From positions 434,001 through 498,000 of the forward strand of contig CAUYUJ010000115.1 of assembly GCA_963575745.1 (NCBI GenBank): a stretch of 64,000 bases of DNA, given 5' to 3'. Positions 47,801-60,509 of the stretch are shown here, piece by piece; position 1 is the first letter of the stretch, and each line of letters opens with the position of its first letter. Source of the DNA: Prorocentrum cordatum (Eukaryota). A program made the translations under genes and the position numbers. The notes below the pieces were generated by a model. It worked only from the letters and a program-made list of their open reading frames with translations. It was not told the origin of the DNA and ran no database searches.

Positions 47801-49422
47801 TCCTAGATGCAACCAGGCTCATTGTTGTGCACAGCGCGATCCAACATCAAATGCTGGCCTCTTGGTAGTCGTGTCCACCTGCTGCCAAAGCCCCCACTGG
47901 AGCACCGCCGCGCGGAGGACATCCGGAACGCGGCGGCGACGGCCATGGTGAATCTGGCCAACTCATACGGGGAGCTCCCGGCTTCGGGTCGGGCCAGTCT
48001 CATGATAGTTCTTTTTCAGGGCCGTTGGTTTCCAGACAGGGCGATGGAGTGTCGATGTTGAATTCCCATGCTGATTTTGGCGTTGCATCTCAGGCTTTAG
48101 CCTTGCTGGCGCGGACGAGAATCAACCGTATCCCAGGAGCATGGCAACAGGTTCGCCATCGACTGCTTGAGCGTACACCTGGAGCGGCTGAATTCTTCAT
48201 TGTGCTTTGTTCTTTGATTGACGTTTGCAAGCTGACCAGACGGGTAGAGGGTGTGCTTTACAGAGGTCGGGAGCGGGAGTGAGGGGAGTATTTCGAGAGA
48301 GGGAGAGAGAAAGAGAGAGCGGGAGAGAGAGAGAGAGAGACAGAGAGGCAGAGAGACAGAGAGGCAGAGAGACAGAGAGATAGAGAGAGAGAGAGAGAGA
48401 CAGACTAGTCCTCCTCCCTCCTCCCTTTTTTTCGTCGGAATGTCCCAGATGCCTTGGGGCACGAGGGGTTCGGGGTGGGCTGTTGCAGGTATTTGGGAGT
48501 TCGGAGTCACAGCCATTTGAACATAGTTGTCAAGAACACGATGAGGAGTGTCAGACAATAGTTTATTCCTTGCGATGATATGAGCCAGCGTCTTAGCATG
48601 AACACTGTGTAACACCGTCGGCGACGCCATGGTGGGGGTGGCACTTGTAGAGGGTTGCAGGAGCGAGGGAAGCAAAGGATGCCGTCGGTTCGGTAGGTTC
48701 GGTTGCTTCGCTGTTGGCCGCACTCGATCGGTTCGGCTAGGTCGTTTCGGTGCGCCACCGCGCCCTTCCAGGCTGTTTTCGGTTCGTCGGTTTCGGTCGG
48801 TTTAGGTTTCGCGATCGGTTCGATGTAAGGAAGAACCAGGGCAGCCTCGATCGGCACGCAACAGCTGTATTTCCTTTCCACGTGTCCGCACCGTTCGGTA
48901 CGGGGCGACGTTCGCGCGGCGATCGTCCGACGCAAGCTGGACGTCGATCCGACGTGACTCCGACGTCGTTTGGGTTTCGAGCTGCCGCGCGAGGCCTGCT
49001 ACAGCCGGACCGAGGTATAAGATCGAGGTCGGTTCTGGGTGGCTGCCATAGTTTTTTTCTTGTTTGTTGGATGCTCTGTGGATTCTGGGGAGGGTACCCT
49101 TGGATGTTCTGTGTGTTTTGGCCGGCGGAGCGTCTCATGAACTTGAGGATGTCCTTCTGGCTCAGGTCCGACTGTACAGCTCCTTGGCATCTTTCGGACG
49201 TGTGCGTTTTTGTCGGCGAGGGCCATCGAGGAGCATCGGAGAAGAAAAACGCCATGAACATACACTTTGGCCTCTCCGCGAGGATTTCTTGGATCCACGC
49301 TGGGCTCCCCCGCCGGCGCCCCCAGCGCCGCCCCTGGCGCGCTCCGCGCGCCAGGGAGGTGGCTCGGGCGCGGACCACGAAATCCGCGCCGGCCTCCAAC
49401 AGTTTATTGCTATGCCTTTCTG

Positions 49423-49454
<32 letters not shown>

Positions 49455-49942
49455 GGTGGTGGTGGTGGTGGTGGTGGTGTTGGTGGTGGTGGTGGTGTTG
49501 TTGTTGTTGTTGTTGGTTTTGTTGTTGTTGTTGTTGTTGTTGTTGTTGAACACTATTACTTCTAAAGAATTATTATTGTTGGACCCCCTGGTGCACGCCC
49601 CCCGCCCAAAACCTAGGCCGCAGCTACATTTTCATCATTTTTCTGCGAAAGCTTCAGAAAAGTGGATTACCCCCGGATCCGGTTTTTTGTTGACGCTCGT
49701 TTTCCCTTGCAAAAAACAATAGAAAATGAAAATTCTTGTTCTTAGTTGATCAAATTTCAAGAATCCCTTGCAAAAAATAAGGTAAAGTGGACATTCGCGC
49801 TCGCAAGACGAAATCCTTCCAAAACCTTAGGTTTCGTAGCGATTTTAACATAAAAACATCAAAAACCCAATGGTTTTTTTAAGAAAAAATTGTCAAAATG
49901 TCCTTCCGCGCGCTCTTGCGGATTCATAATTGTCAAAATGTC

Positions 49943-50400
49943 CCTCCGTCTGGCTGTGCACGCGCGCGTTGGGCACTGAGAGTTAGGATCATAGCGCCAT
50001 GAGTCTATGAGCAATGCATGCGTCATCCTTGGGACTGTATAACATCAGTGTAACACATGTACTTCTGTAATCGCATCCCCACGAATTTGCCCCAAAAATG
50101 TGACCAACTATCTTGGCACTGCGTACCATCTCACGTGTACCGTGTACCACATCATATGTAACAGATGTGATCAACCTCTGTGGGTGTGTACCCCACGCCA
50201 GTGTAGTAGCCAGGGTCGTCCGCACGCCACGAAGTGAAGTGTCCCAACGTCATAGGGCGGGAAGCTGGGTGTGGGTGGTCTCGAAGAGTCGTTTGGATAT
50301 TTGGTAGAGCTTGAACGGCCCCCCCACGAAGTGGGGGTATTGGCTGGTGTCGCAAGAAAACCCTGGCACTGGGGAGAACACTGAGCGTTCGGGTAAAATG

Positions 50401-50401
<1 letters not shown>
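49943..50401 (+). mobile_element. Internally deleted copy of the 42834-43708 end module
   Basis: Same start ctccgtctggctgtgcacgcgcgcgttgggca, same hairpin (50321-50337), same end followed by (TTG)n. Confidence 0.75.
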
Positions 50402-50433
<32 letters not shown>

Positions 50434-51875
50434 GCTGGTGCAGTTGCTGTTGTTGTTGTTGCTGTTGTTGTCGTTGTTGCTGTTGTTGCTGTTGTTGCTG
50501 TTGTTGCTGTTGTTGTTGCTTCTGCTCCTGCCCTTCCCTCCCAGAGCGTATCGGACCCTCCTGCAGAACAGCAAACGCACGAGCTCGAAGAAGGCACGGG
50601 GCGTGGACGCCCGAGCGATGGCCAGGCTCCCGCCGTCCCCCGCCGGGAGATTCCTGGGAGGGGGGGCTTTACCTCGTTCTCTTGCGTTTACATCGGCGGG
50701 TGGGCGGGCCCACCCCCCTCCTGTGAAACTACCTGGGATTCCAGCGTGGGGGGGGTCTTTGCTTGGTTATTTTCGTTGACATCGGCCGGTGTGCGTGCCC
50801 GCCCCCCCCTGTGAACATTGGCTGGGCGGGCGCAGGGCAGGCAGGGCCGCAGGGCAGACCGCGTGCCGGCCGCCGCCTGGGGAGAGCCGCGAGGGCTCGA
50901 GGCCGGGCGCCGCACCGGGCGCACATGATCGTGTGGTAGCGATCCTCCCCGGCGGCGGCGCGCGAGGGGGGGGGGGCAGTTTGAGAGTCGAGGCTCGGGG
51001 TTCTCGGGCGGCCATCGCAGTTCCCAGCAGGCGCTGCGGCCTCGGGAGGCGTTCCAGCGGCTGCGCCTCGCCGAGAGCGTCTCGGGGATGCCCGCATGGT
51101 CCCGAACGGCCGCCAGAGACCCGAGTTGTGACCCGAAAACTGAGCTCGGGGGATGTGAGAAGGATCAGTCGGGCATTGGAGAATATGCATCAGCAGTGGC
51201 GGGCTTTTTTTGTCAATCCCAGGACATTCAGAGTGTCGGGGACGACGTCGGGGTGGTGTGGCGTATACCTGCTTTCCCCGTTCCCAGGGGGACAGCGAAA
51301 AATGTATACACCAGGATCCCGTATACTCCAGGATCCGCTTTCCTGTGAGAATTGCAGTGCGGGGCCAGAAAAAGCGTCGGAGCATAGAGTTCGGCTCCTC
51401 AATAAGGCCTTCTCAGATGGCGGCGGGGTTCTCCGAAGCCCCCTCGCCATTGAGAGGTGTTCGGTGCTTTCGGAGGAAGAAAGCTCAGAAAGCTTGTCAT
51501 GAAGCTCGGGGGCGGCAAAGAGGGGGGTGATGACAAATTGTGGGGGTGGATATCATGGCGGGGACCGTGATGTTTCCCCAGATTTCATGGCGCCTCTTCT
51601 CATTTCAACGCCCCTGGCCCCCCCCCGGGCCGCGCACATGCTCCTGGCTATGGTTTGCGCCCCCCCCGCTTGGACGGCACCCTCTTGGCCGCCCCCGAGA
51701 GGCCGAAGGCAGGCCCGCCCCTTCTCATTTCCCCCCCCCCCCAGGCGCGCCGCCGGTCCTGGCGGGCGGTAGCGGCAGCGGGGGGGGTTGGAAGCCACCA
51801 GCGTCCATGAGGAGGAGGAGGAGGGGGAGGAGGAGGAGACGGAGGAGGAGGAGGAGGAGGCCGATTCAGTCAGGC

Positions 51876-52295
51876 CCGATCCGATGCGGTTCTCAGGCGA
51901 TCGCAAACGTGGATCAAGGGGGCGCGCATTAGCCAATCGCGGACTGTCGCCGCCGAGCGAGGCGGCACCGGCCGCATTTTTGGGGAGGGCATCTCCCCGG
52001 ATCCATGGATTTGGCGACCGCGCGCCAAATCCATGGGTCTCTAATCCATGTTGGCGCGCCCGACGATTCAAGCCGGCCCGATTCGATGCGGTTCTCAGGC
52101 GATCGCAAACATGGGTCAAGGGTGGGTGCATTAGCGAATCGCGGACTGTCGCCGCCGAGCGAGGCGGCACTAGCCGCATTTTGGGGAGGGCACCTCCCCG
52201 GATCCATGGATTTGGCGACCGCGCGCCAAATCCATGGTTCGCTAATCCATGTTGGCGCGCCCGACGATTCAGGCCAGCCCGATCCGATGCGGTTT
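51876..52295. repeat. ~202-bp tandem duplication
   Basis: cgatgcggttctcaggcgatcgcaaac at ~51882 and ~52084. Confidence 0.85.
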
Positions 52296-53636
52296 CTCTG
52301 TGCCGAGGACCCGTTGCGGCCCGATGCTCGTTTGGCGCTGTTTTGTGCATCCTGGGGCAGCCACTGCGATTCGATGTTTCGACTGCGTGCCGTTGCAGCC
52401 CCATCCGGTGCACATCGATCTGGATTACCGATTCGATGCGGATTGCTGTTGCCAGCACGCGGGACAACAGTCTTCTGGGATGAACGAATTGGTGGTTAGT
52501 GCGATGGAGGTAATTACTCAGACGAGGACGAGCTGAGGCAAGCGTAGCTGGTCTTCCGCGGGCCCTCGTGGTCGCCACGGCTTGAGGCAAGTCAGAAGAT
52601 TGGTGCGTTTGGACCCCAGGAGGGGTCCAGGGACCGACCTTGAGGTGCCATTGTCTCAACTTGCCCTGCTCCGATTTGCTGCTGTGTGCTTGCGCTTGCA
52701 AGCTAGGCCTAACCACCACTTTGCCTTCTGCATGGTGGTTGGCCAGTTTTGCAGACGGTCAACACAGGATCCCCGCCACGCAAACCTTGAGATTACGATG
52801 TCGTGGTTAGGAATTTGGGGATCAGACATTGGTGGAGGTTTCCCTTCCATTGAAGGGCTCCACCTCCCATCAGCTGGGGAGCTGGCAATTTCCGTCGAGC
52901 TGCCGAGAGGGCGAGTCCCGGGGCCGTCGCTAGCGTCACACGGTGGAACAATGAAGCTCGCGGTCTTGCTTTTGTTGTTCGCTATCGAGATGGCCCTGCC
53001 CCGCACACCCACAGAGCGACCGAGGATGGGCTCCGCCCGACGCCTGCGGTTGCCCAAGCCCTCTTGGCGAGTCGGCCGAAAAACCACCTGGTGGCCTTGT
53101 TGCGCCATTTTCGGATCCTGGCGGCGACTGCCCACCAAACCACCTCAACCCGACCCGAAGGCCAGAAGTAGAGCCCTGCATTCCCAGTGGAGGGGCATCC
53201 CAGAACATGGGAAGAAAAGCACCGATGGAGCCCGTGCGCCCCCCCACCCGAAACTTGGGGATGCGGGCCGGGGTGGGGGAGTCTGGTGGGCAAGCAGTCA
53301 GGCGGGCCGCTTTCCCGAGGCAGGAGAGGTCACGAAGATGTTCGAGATGAGACAGCCAGCCTGAAGGGGGGGCTCGGGATCTGGGGGCCGGCGACTCGGC
53401 CAATGTCGACGAGCTGGCGGAGGCCGGGTTCCTTTTTGCCTCCCACGCCGTGACCGTCCGCCCGATCCGTTCCCTTCCCCGACTGACCCGATTGTTAGCT
53501 TGCCCGCACTTCGCCACTTGACAACGCCCCGCCGCCCAGCGTCCCTTTCCAAGGAGGGCATCTGTGCATCGCCGCCTTGCCTGGCCAGGGCCGTGGTATC
53601 GGCGCCACTGAATGGTGCCCAGACGTGTACCGTGAA

Positions 53637-53790
53637 GTCGGGCATGTCCCTCTACAGGAGGAATATCCAAAAAAATAGTCCAAACATAGTTTGGGGCCGA
53701 TTCTTTACTATGTTTGACTGGTGTTGGGCATGTTTTGACTGTGTTTGATTCTTCTTCCCAAAATCCCGCCTGTAGGAGGGCATGCCCGAC
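53637..53790. mobile_element. MITE family B (reverse orientation)
   Basis: gtcgggcatgtccctctacagg ... cctgtaggagggcatgcccgac. Confidence 0.75.
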
Positions 53791-54591
53791 CTGAGTGTAT
53801 ACTATACCGACCCCCTTCCAGATCGCGGCCCTGGACGAGGGCCTCTACCGCCGTGCCCGGGCCCAGGACGGCCCAGGCCAGGCATGCCGGTGGCGTGCAG
53901 GTGCCCTCTGCTGGGATGCAATTCCTGGGAGGCTAGATGCTGCAGCGGCGCTGGTATTCTCGCGGTCGATAACCGGTTCAATCTGAGCTGATCGGGCTTA
54001 ATCCGGCCAGATCCCGCTTATAGTCCTGCTGATGATCCTGCTCAATCTGGCTGAGGCCCGGGCTTACAATCTTGCCTTATCTGGCGAAGTGGCCCTCTGA
54101 TCGGGCTTAGCCGCCCTTGCTCGTTCCAGCGGAGCTCTCCCAGGAGCTGCCTCCTAAGCCTCTGCGCATTCCTCGGCCGACTCCGATGTCCGTGCTGCCG
54201 TCGGGCTCCGTCCTGCGCATGGTCGCCGCCGGCTACGGCCCCGCGGCGCCGCCGGACGTCCCGGGCTTGCCCCGACCTGGCTTGGCTGCAGGACCGGGCA
54301 GTCGCTGCGGGCTTGTTGAGCACTCCGCGAAGCGAGCAAGATATACACGCGGGTCGTTGAAAGTAGGTATTCGTGGATTCCCAGATGCCAATTTATCTCA
54401 AGCGCCTTCCCACTTCAAGGATCGATATGCTGACGCTTTGTTTTGTTTCCTCTGGGAGGACCTGAGCCCAATGAGGCTAGTTGAAGATTGGTGCCTCGGG
54501 TGGCTGCATTGCCCGTTCCTCGGAGGTTCCTCGGGCTCCTCGGGTTCCTCGGGTTCCTCGGGTTCCCTGGTTCCCTTGATGGTGCGTATGT

Positions 54592-54845
54592 TTTAAGCCC
54601 TTGTCAAGCAAAGACTTGAAGAAGCCGACTGCGTGTACCCTTTTAGGACACATCAGTTGGATACGGCAGACGATGTAGCGTGGCATCGTGCACAGTATTC
54701 AGTGGTGCGACACCCGCGATATGACTGCGGATGGTCACGCCAAGGGGAGCATCGACAGGGAGATGCTCCTACAGGTTATGGCAGGTATACGATCCTTCAC
54801 GCTTGACTTAAAGAGTCACATTCCTTACCGGGCTGGCCGGACATC
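54592..54845 (+). pseudogene. Ty1/copia LTR-retrotransposon RNase H C-terminal relic
   Basis: Frame from 54592 reads FKPLSSKDLKKPTACTLLGHISWIRQTM*RGIVHSIQWCDTRDMTADGHAKGSIDREMLL, matching the copia RNase H end motif (W/Y..T..M.AD..TK); contains an internal stop. Confidence 0.7.
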
Positions 54846-57800
54846 TTGTTCCGCAGCCGCCTGAGGAGCACCTTTATGTACAGAACGGTACAGGCACGGC
54901 AACTTGCGTGCGGGTCCACCCTCCTTACGGCCCCGCCCTTTTGCTGCCCTTTTGTGCATATTAGCTGTTGTGCCTGGTGTATAGGGGCGGCGGACTTACG
55001 CTTCGTCTCCCTCCCCCCCCCCGGTGCTAAAGCGAGCTGGGGAACGCAGGGAGCGGAAGCGAGCGTGTGCCCGCGGCCGCGTCGGTTCAAGCGGCCGGCC
55101 GCCCAAATGTGACTGCGCTTCATTGCGAGGCATACTATTCGCCATCGAGACCAAAAGGATTCTGCTACTGCTTAAGATGGCACGCCCTCTACTACTGGGA
55201 CTCGTTGCTACGGTGCAACAGAGCTGGGGCTGGGCTTCGCCTAGCGCGAAGCTGCTGGTTGGGCCTCCCAACCCCATTCAAACTGGGGCTCGCGCGCGCG
55301 GTCTAGTTGGTCTAGTAGAGTAGGTTGTCACGCGTTCATACAGTCACTGCTGCAGACCTTGACAGACAAGCCTCCTATCGGGGCCACATCAGGTGGGGTC
55401 GGAAAGTCGCGCCGCATCGGCGTCGGACCGGCGAGGCGGCACGATCTCGGGCGCTGACGTCTTCCCTCCCAGCGGCGCTGGTGCATCGACGATGCGGTGC
55501 GATCCTGTTTCTCGGGCCCTCTCTGGGACCCCTAAGTTTGGATCGTTGTATTGTCGGCGTTGCCGACCCCATCCTCCTCCTTATGACCCTTCGCTCCGCG
55601 ATCCGCACTTTTTGTTCCCAACTCCTTCCTTCCCCTTCATTCCTCGTACCATCACACCTCGCTCTTCATTCCCAACTCCGCACTCCCTCCTCGCTCTTCG
55701 TTCCTCTCCACTTCCTCTGCGCCGCCCATCCTGCTCCTCCGCCTGCCCTGGTTCCTCGTCCTCCGCCTCTTCCTCCTCCCCTCTTCTTTCTCTTTTCTCT
55801 GACCTCTCTCTCCCACTCTCGTCCCCTCTCCTCCTTTCCCTCCTGCTCGTCCCTTCCCCCTCCAGCTCAACTCCACCGCCATCACCCGCCCTCCTGCGGA
55901 TCCTCCGCCCCGCAGTCCGCCCACCCCTCTCCCCCGCCCCTCTCTCCTCTTCCTGCCCTCCTCCTGCCTCTCTCCCGTGCCCTGACTTCAACCCTCTCTC
56001 TCCCCCCCTCTCGTCCTCGTCTTCGTCCTCGCCGGTTTGCTCTTCCGTCCTCCCCTCTGCCGTCCTCCTCTTCGTTTCTTCTCCTGCTGTCGTCCTCGTG
56101 CTCTTCCTCCCTCGTGGTGGGAAGGAAGGGGGAGAAGCAGGCAGGGAACATGATGAGGGAGGGGGAGATCAGGGGGGGTCAGACGAGATGAGAACGGCCG
56201 CGAAGCGAGTCTACATAGCATTAAGCCCTGGCCGCCCGTTCAGCCTGGCTGAGCACTTTGGGCCCAAGATGTGGAACTACTGTTGGGCATTGCCGCCGGA
56301 ACAGATGCGTGGATCGGCATGGCGAGAGCACCAGAGTTGAACGGGCTGGAGCATGTTTGTTTTGTGCATCATGAACCTGCTAGCCGCGATGCCCTTGCCG
56401 GCCGCCTATATGAGTTGCTTTTCCAGGCGCTCTGGCCCCGCCCCGCCTAGTTCCCTCGCGTGGGCATCCGTACCGGCACCGTCGCCGTCACCGTTTAGGC
56501 CAATGATCTCTTCCTAAACGCCGAAGGTATTTTTTTTCCCGTGGGACGGCGCCGTCTAAGTGTATCTTGTCTGCAAGAGGAGTCGGAAAACAAATGAAAG
56601 GAGGAGGGAGTAGTCAGTAGTAGGCGTCTGAGTTCCAAGAACAATCACACCTTCGGATATGGTGAAGATGGTTATCCGCCTTCCTACCTCTCGTTGTCGC
56701 CGTCGTCATCGTCGTCGTCATCGTCCTCATCTTTTTTCTTTCGCCGTCTTCCATTTTTCCCTCACCTCTTCGTTTCTCCTCCTCCCTTTTTCCCCCCCTC
56801 GTCTTCGTCTCCCTTCTCATTCCCCCGTCCCCTCGTCCTCTGGCTCCGCCTCCTCGTTCTCCTCCTCCTCTCCGCCTTCACTGCTCCTCGCCCTCCGCGC
56901 CTCTACAGTGGAGATGCATGCCAAGAAACACCCTGCTCGCCTCCAGGGTGCCCTGAGTTTCTTGAGTTTCGATGGTTTTGCTGTGGGGAGCGTGACGTTC
57001 CTACACCAAAAACCAATTGACGTCCTGGGGTCTCAGGGTTGGATTTCTTGTGGAAGGTCTCTTGTGGACTGGCCTCCACTGGATTCCCCGCCGAGGAGGT
57101 CCGCCAGAGGCCGCGCGCGACGCGCGAGCGCTGGCCGAGGGCCACGGCAGCGAGGAGGGCGCGGTCGACAGCGCTTTCTCAACGCTGAGGACCATGGCGC
57201 GGGAACATGATTGTCCGTTCCGATCCTATCGGCCCGGTCCGATATCGATTTTAATGTTCTTGATGACGTGTGTTAGCCGACGTGTGTTTATTCCCCCCGT
57301 CCGTTTCGCAGTTCACCAGTGGCCGTACCACTAGCGGCAGTCCTGGACCGCCTTGCAGATCCCTGTTGGCTGGCGCATGTCATCCCGGCCTGTTTGCTCA
57401 CTGGACCTTGTGTGTTTGCAGGTAGACTTGCTCCGGTACCTTCTTCGTCGTGGTCACCCTCGTGCGCTCCTGGATATGGCGAATAAGCACGCGGGCGCTA
57501 CATGGGGCTAGTCTTTCTCGACCAGCACGCCGAGTTGATTCGCCTCATCTGGACGGTCTTGTCCTTCTGCCTGCGACTCAGATGCGTTTGGGCCACAGCC
57601 CGCTGACGAAGACCTCTATGGTCTGAGTTTGCCCCTCCTCTTGCACCTCTCCCCCTGCGGCCGCTCTGCCCCATGTGTTCCCGCCCGAATTGATGGCTCA
57701 GCCCCCCTGAGCTGCTCGACCGGCTCGCGCGCTCCCCGGGCCTGCGGACAACAGCTTGTGGACCCCGTCCCGCTCCACCGACAAGTCACTGCATTGCCTG

Positions 57801-58189
57801 CGACGTATCGAAGGAAGGGCTTCGATCGACAACCCAACGTTGGCGCTAGCGCGCGTTCTGTGGATCATCGAATCGGTTCAAGCCGTCTCAATTCGGTTCA
57901 ATATCGGTTCGGTTCCGACATTCTGGCGATCCTATGCGCGGCCCGATGATCGCACATCTTGGCGCAGCCGATTCTGCTCGGAATTGATTCCGGGCAAATG
58001 CAGCTTGGTCCGTCAAGCATTCCGGCTTGCCCCTGTTCCCCCAGTCGGCCCAGGGGTTCCATGGTCAAATCTTGCACACAGGGTTCGTTGCCCCCGTGCC
58101 CCCGATACTAGAGCATGCCCTTTGCAGGACTGAAAGATGATCGTACAACTTTTATTCTTACCACAGGTACCACAGGTACTATCGGTATT

Positions 58190-58423
58190 ACCACTACTAC
58201 TATTCCACGACTACTACTACTACGACTACTACGACTATCACCAGCATTCGTATTATTACGACCGACATATCGAGTATTACCACTATTATTACTGCGATTG
58301 CGTTTACTGAAATTATTAGCAGTAGTAGTACTCCGATTACTACGACTACCACGACTACGACTACGATGATTACGACTACTACTTCCTAGCACTACGGCCC
58401 TGACTATTACTACTTGTATGTCG

Positions 58424-58454
<31 letters not shown>

Positions 58455-58458
58455 ATAT

Positions 58459-58504
<46 letters not shown>

Positions 58505-58612
58505 GCTTTTACTATTACTATAAGTCTAACTCTGTTCAGTATTATTAGTACTACTACTGCTAGCATTTAATGCTACTACTACATCCTTGTTTATTATTTT
58601 CGTATTACACTA

Positions 58613-58654
<42 letters not shown>

Positions 58655-58949
58655 GACTACTACTACGACTACGACTATCAGTACTACTACCACGATTACG
58701 ACGGTAACTACTACTATTACTATTACTACTACTACTACTACTACTACTACTATTACTACTACTACTACTGTTACTACTATTAGAACTACTATTGATACTA
58801 CTACTTCCTCGAATATTATTAGTATCCCACATTTCGATTGCGAACGCTTCTTCATCGTTAGTAGTACAGCTACGACCACGGCCACCACTACCGCTACTAC
58901 TACTATTACTACGAATAGTACTACTACTATTACTACTACCACGACTACG

Positions 58950-58990
<41 letters not shown>

Positions 58991-59083
58991 GACTACTACT
59001 ACTACTACTACTACTACTATTACTTTGAGTACGATTAGGGCTGCGATTACGATCCTGCTTCTACTACGACTACGACTACGAGG

Positions 59084-59121
<38 letters not shown>

Positions 59122-59543
59122 AACTACGACTACTACTACGACTACGACTATCCGTACTACTACCACGATTACGACGGCAACTACTACTATTACTATTATT
59201 ACTACTACTACTACTACTACTACTATTACTACTACTACTACTGTTACTACTATTAGAACTACTATTGATACTACTACTTCCTCGAATATTATTAGTATCC
59301 CACATTTCGATTGCGAACGCTTCTTCATCGTTAGTAGTACAGCTACGACCACAGCCACCACTACCGCTACTACTACTATTACTACGAATAGCACTACTAC
59401 TATTACTACTACTACTACGACTACGGCTACGACTACTACTACTACTACTACTACTTTGAGTACGATTAGGGCTGCGATTACGATCCTGCTTCTACTACGA
59501 CTACGACTACGAGGACTACTACTACTACTACTACTACTACTAT

Positions 59544-59606
<63 letters not shown>

Positions 59607-59626
59607 ACTACTACTACGACTACGAT

Positions 59627-59658
<32 letters not shown>

Positions 59659-59812
59659 TTACTGCGACTAACACTACTCCGACGACTGCTGTTACGACTA
59701 GGACTACCATGCTTAGTACTACTGCAATTCCAACGTCAGTAACTACCACCACCGCTACTACTACTACTACTACTACTAATACTACTACTAATACTACTAC
59801 TACGACTACTAG

Positions 59813-59851
<39 letters not shown>

Positions 59852-60053
59852 GACTACTACAACGACTACTACTACAAGGACTACTACTACTACTACTACT
59901 ACTGCTGCTACTACTACGACTACTACGACTACTACTCTTACGACTACGACTTTTACTCCTCCTACTACTACTACGACTACTACTACTATTCCTATCACCA
60001 CTACTAGTACTATTATTACTACCACCACCACCACCTCCACCACCACCACCACC

Positions 60054-60103
<50 letters not shown>

Positions 60104-60230
60104 TGCTGCTACTACTACTACTACTACTAATACTACTACTACGTCTACTATTACTATTACTATTACTATTACTGCTACTACAACTACTACTACTCCTCCC
60201 GCTATGGCGACTACTACTACCAATACTGCT
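58190..60230. repeat. (TAC)n degenerate microsatellite with an internal ~480-bp duplication
   Basis: cctcgaatattattagtatcccacatttcgattgcgaacgc occurs at ~58807 and ~59280. Confidence 0.95.
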
Positions 60231-60509
60231 GTTATCTATATATATGAAAGCGCGCCAGTGGATGACACTGAATAGATCATTGGTTTTGTGTGCTCGCAGA
60301 ACCCCCCCCCTCCAAAGTTGGGGTGAGATTTTCGACCCCCCCCCCTTCCCCCCCTTCACGGGGGGGGGTCCGACCCTCCCCCCCCCGAACGGGGGGGGGG
60401 GTCCGGACACCCCTCACCCCCTCCGCCCCTTGGCGCTGGAAGGGGGGGAAAAGGGTTCGACCCCGTCCCCCCCTTTGCGCCGAACAGAGGGCTGGGGAGG
60501 GAGGAGCAA

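Noticed and set aside
47770..48270. Coding-like unique sequence
   Set aside because: Short discontinuous frames with no recognisable motif.
52440..53364. 260-aa ORF as a LINE endonuclease relic
   Set aside because: No convincing catalytic motifs on either strand.
56900..57600. Penelope-like RT relic (LSFLSFDG...HQKP; LLRRGHPRALL)
   Set aside because: Only vague resemblance across broken frames; needs a profile search.
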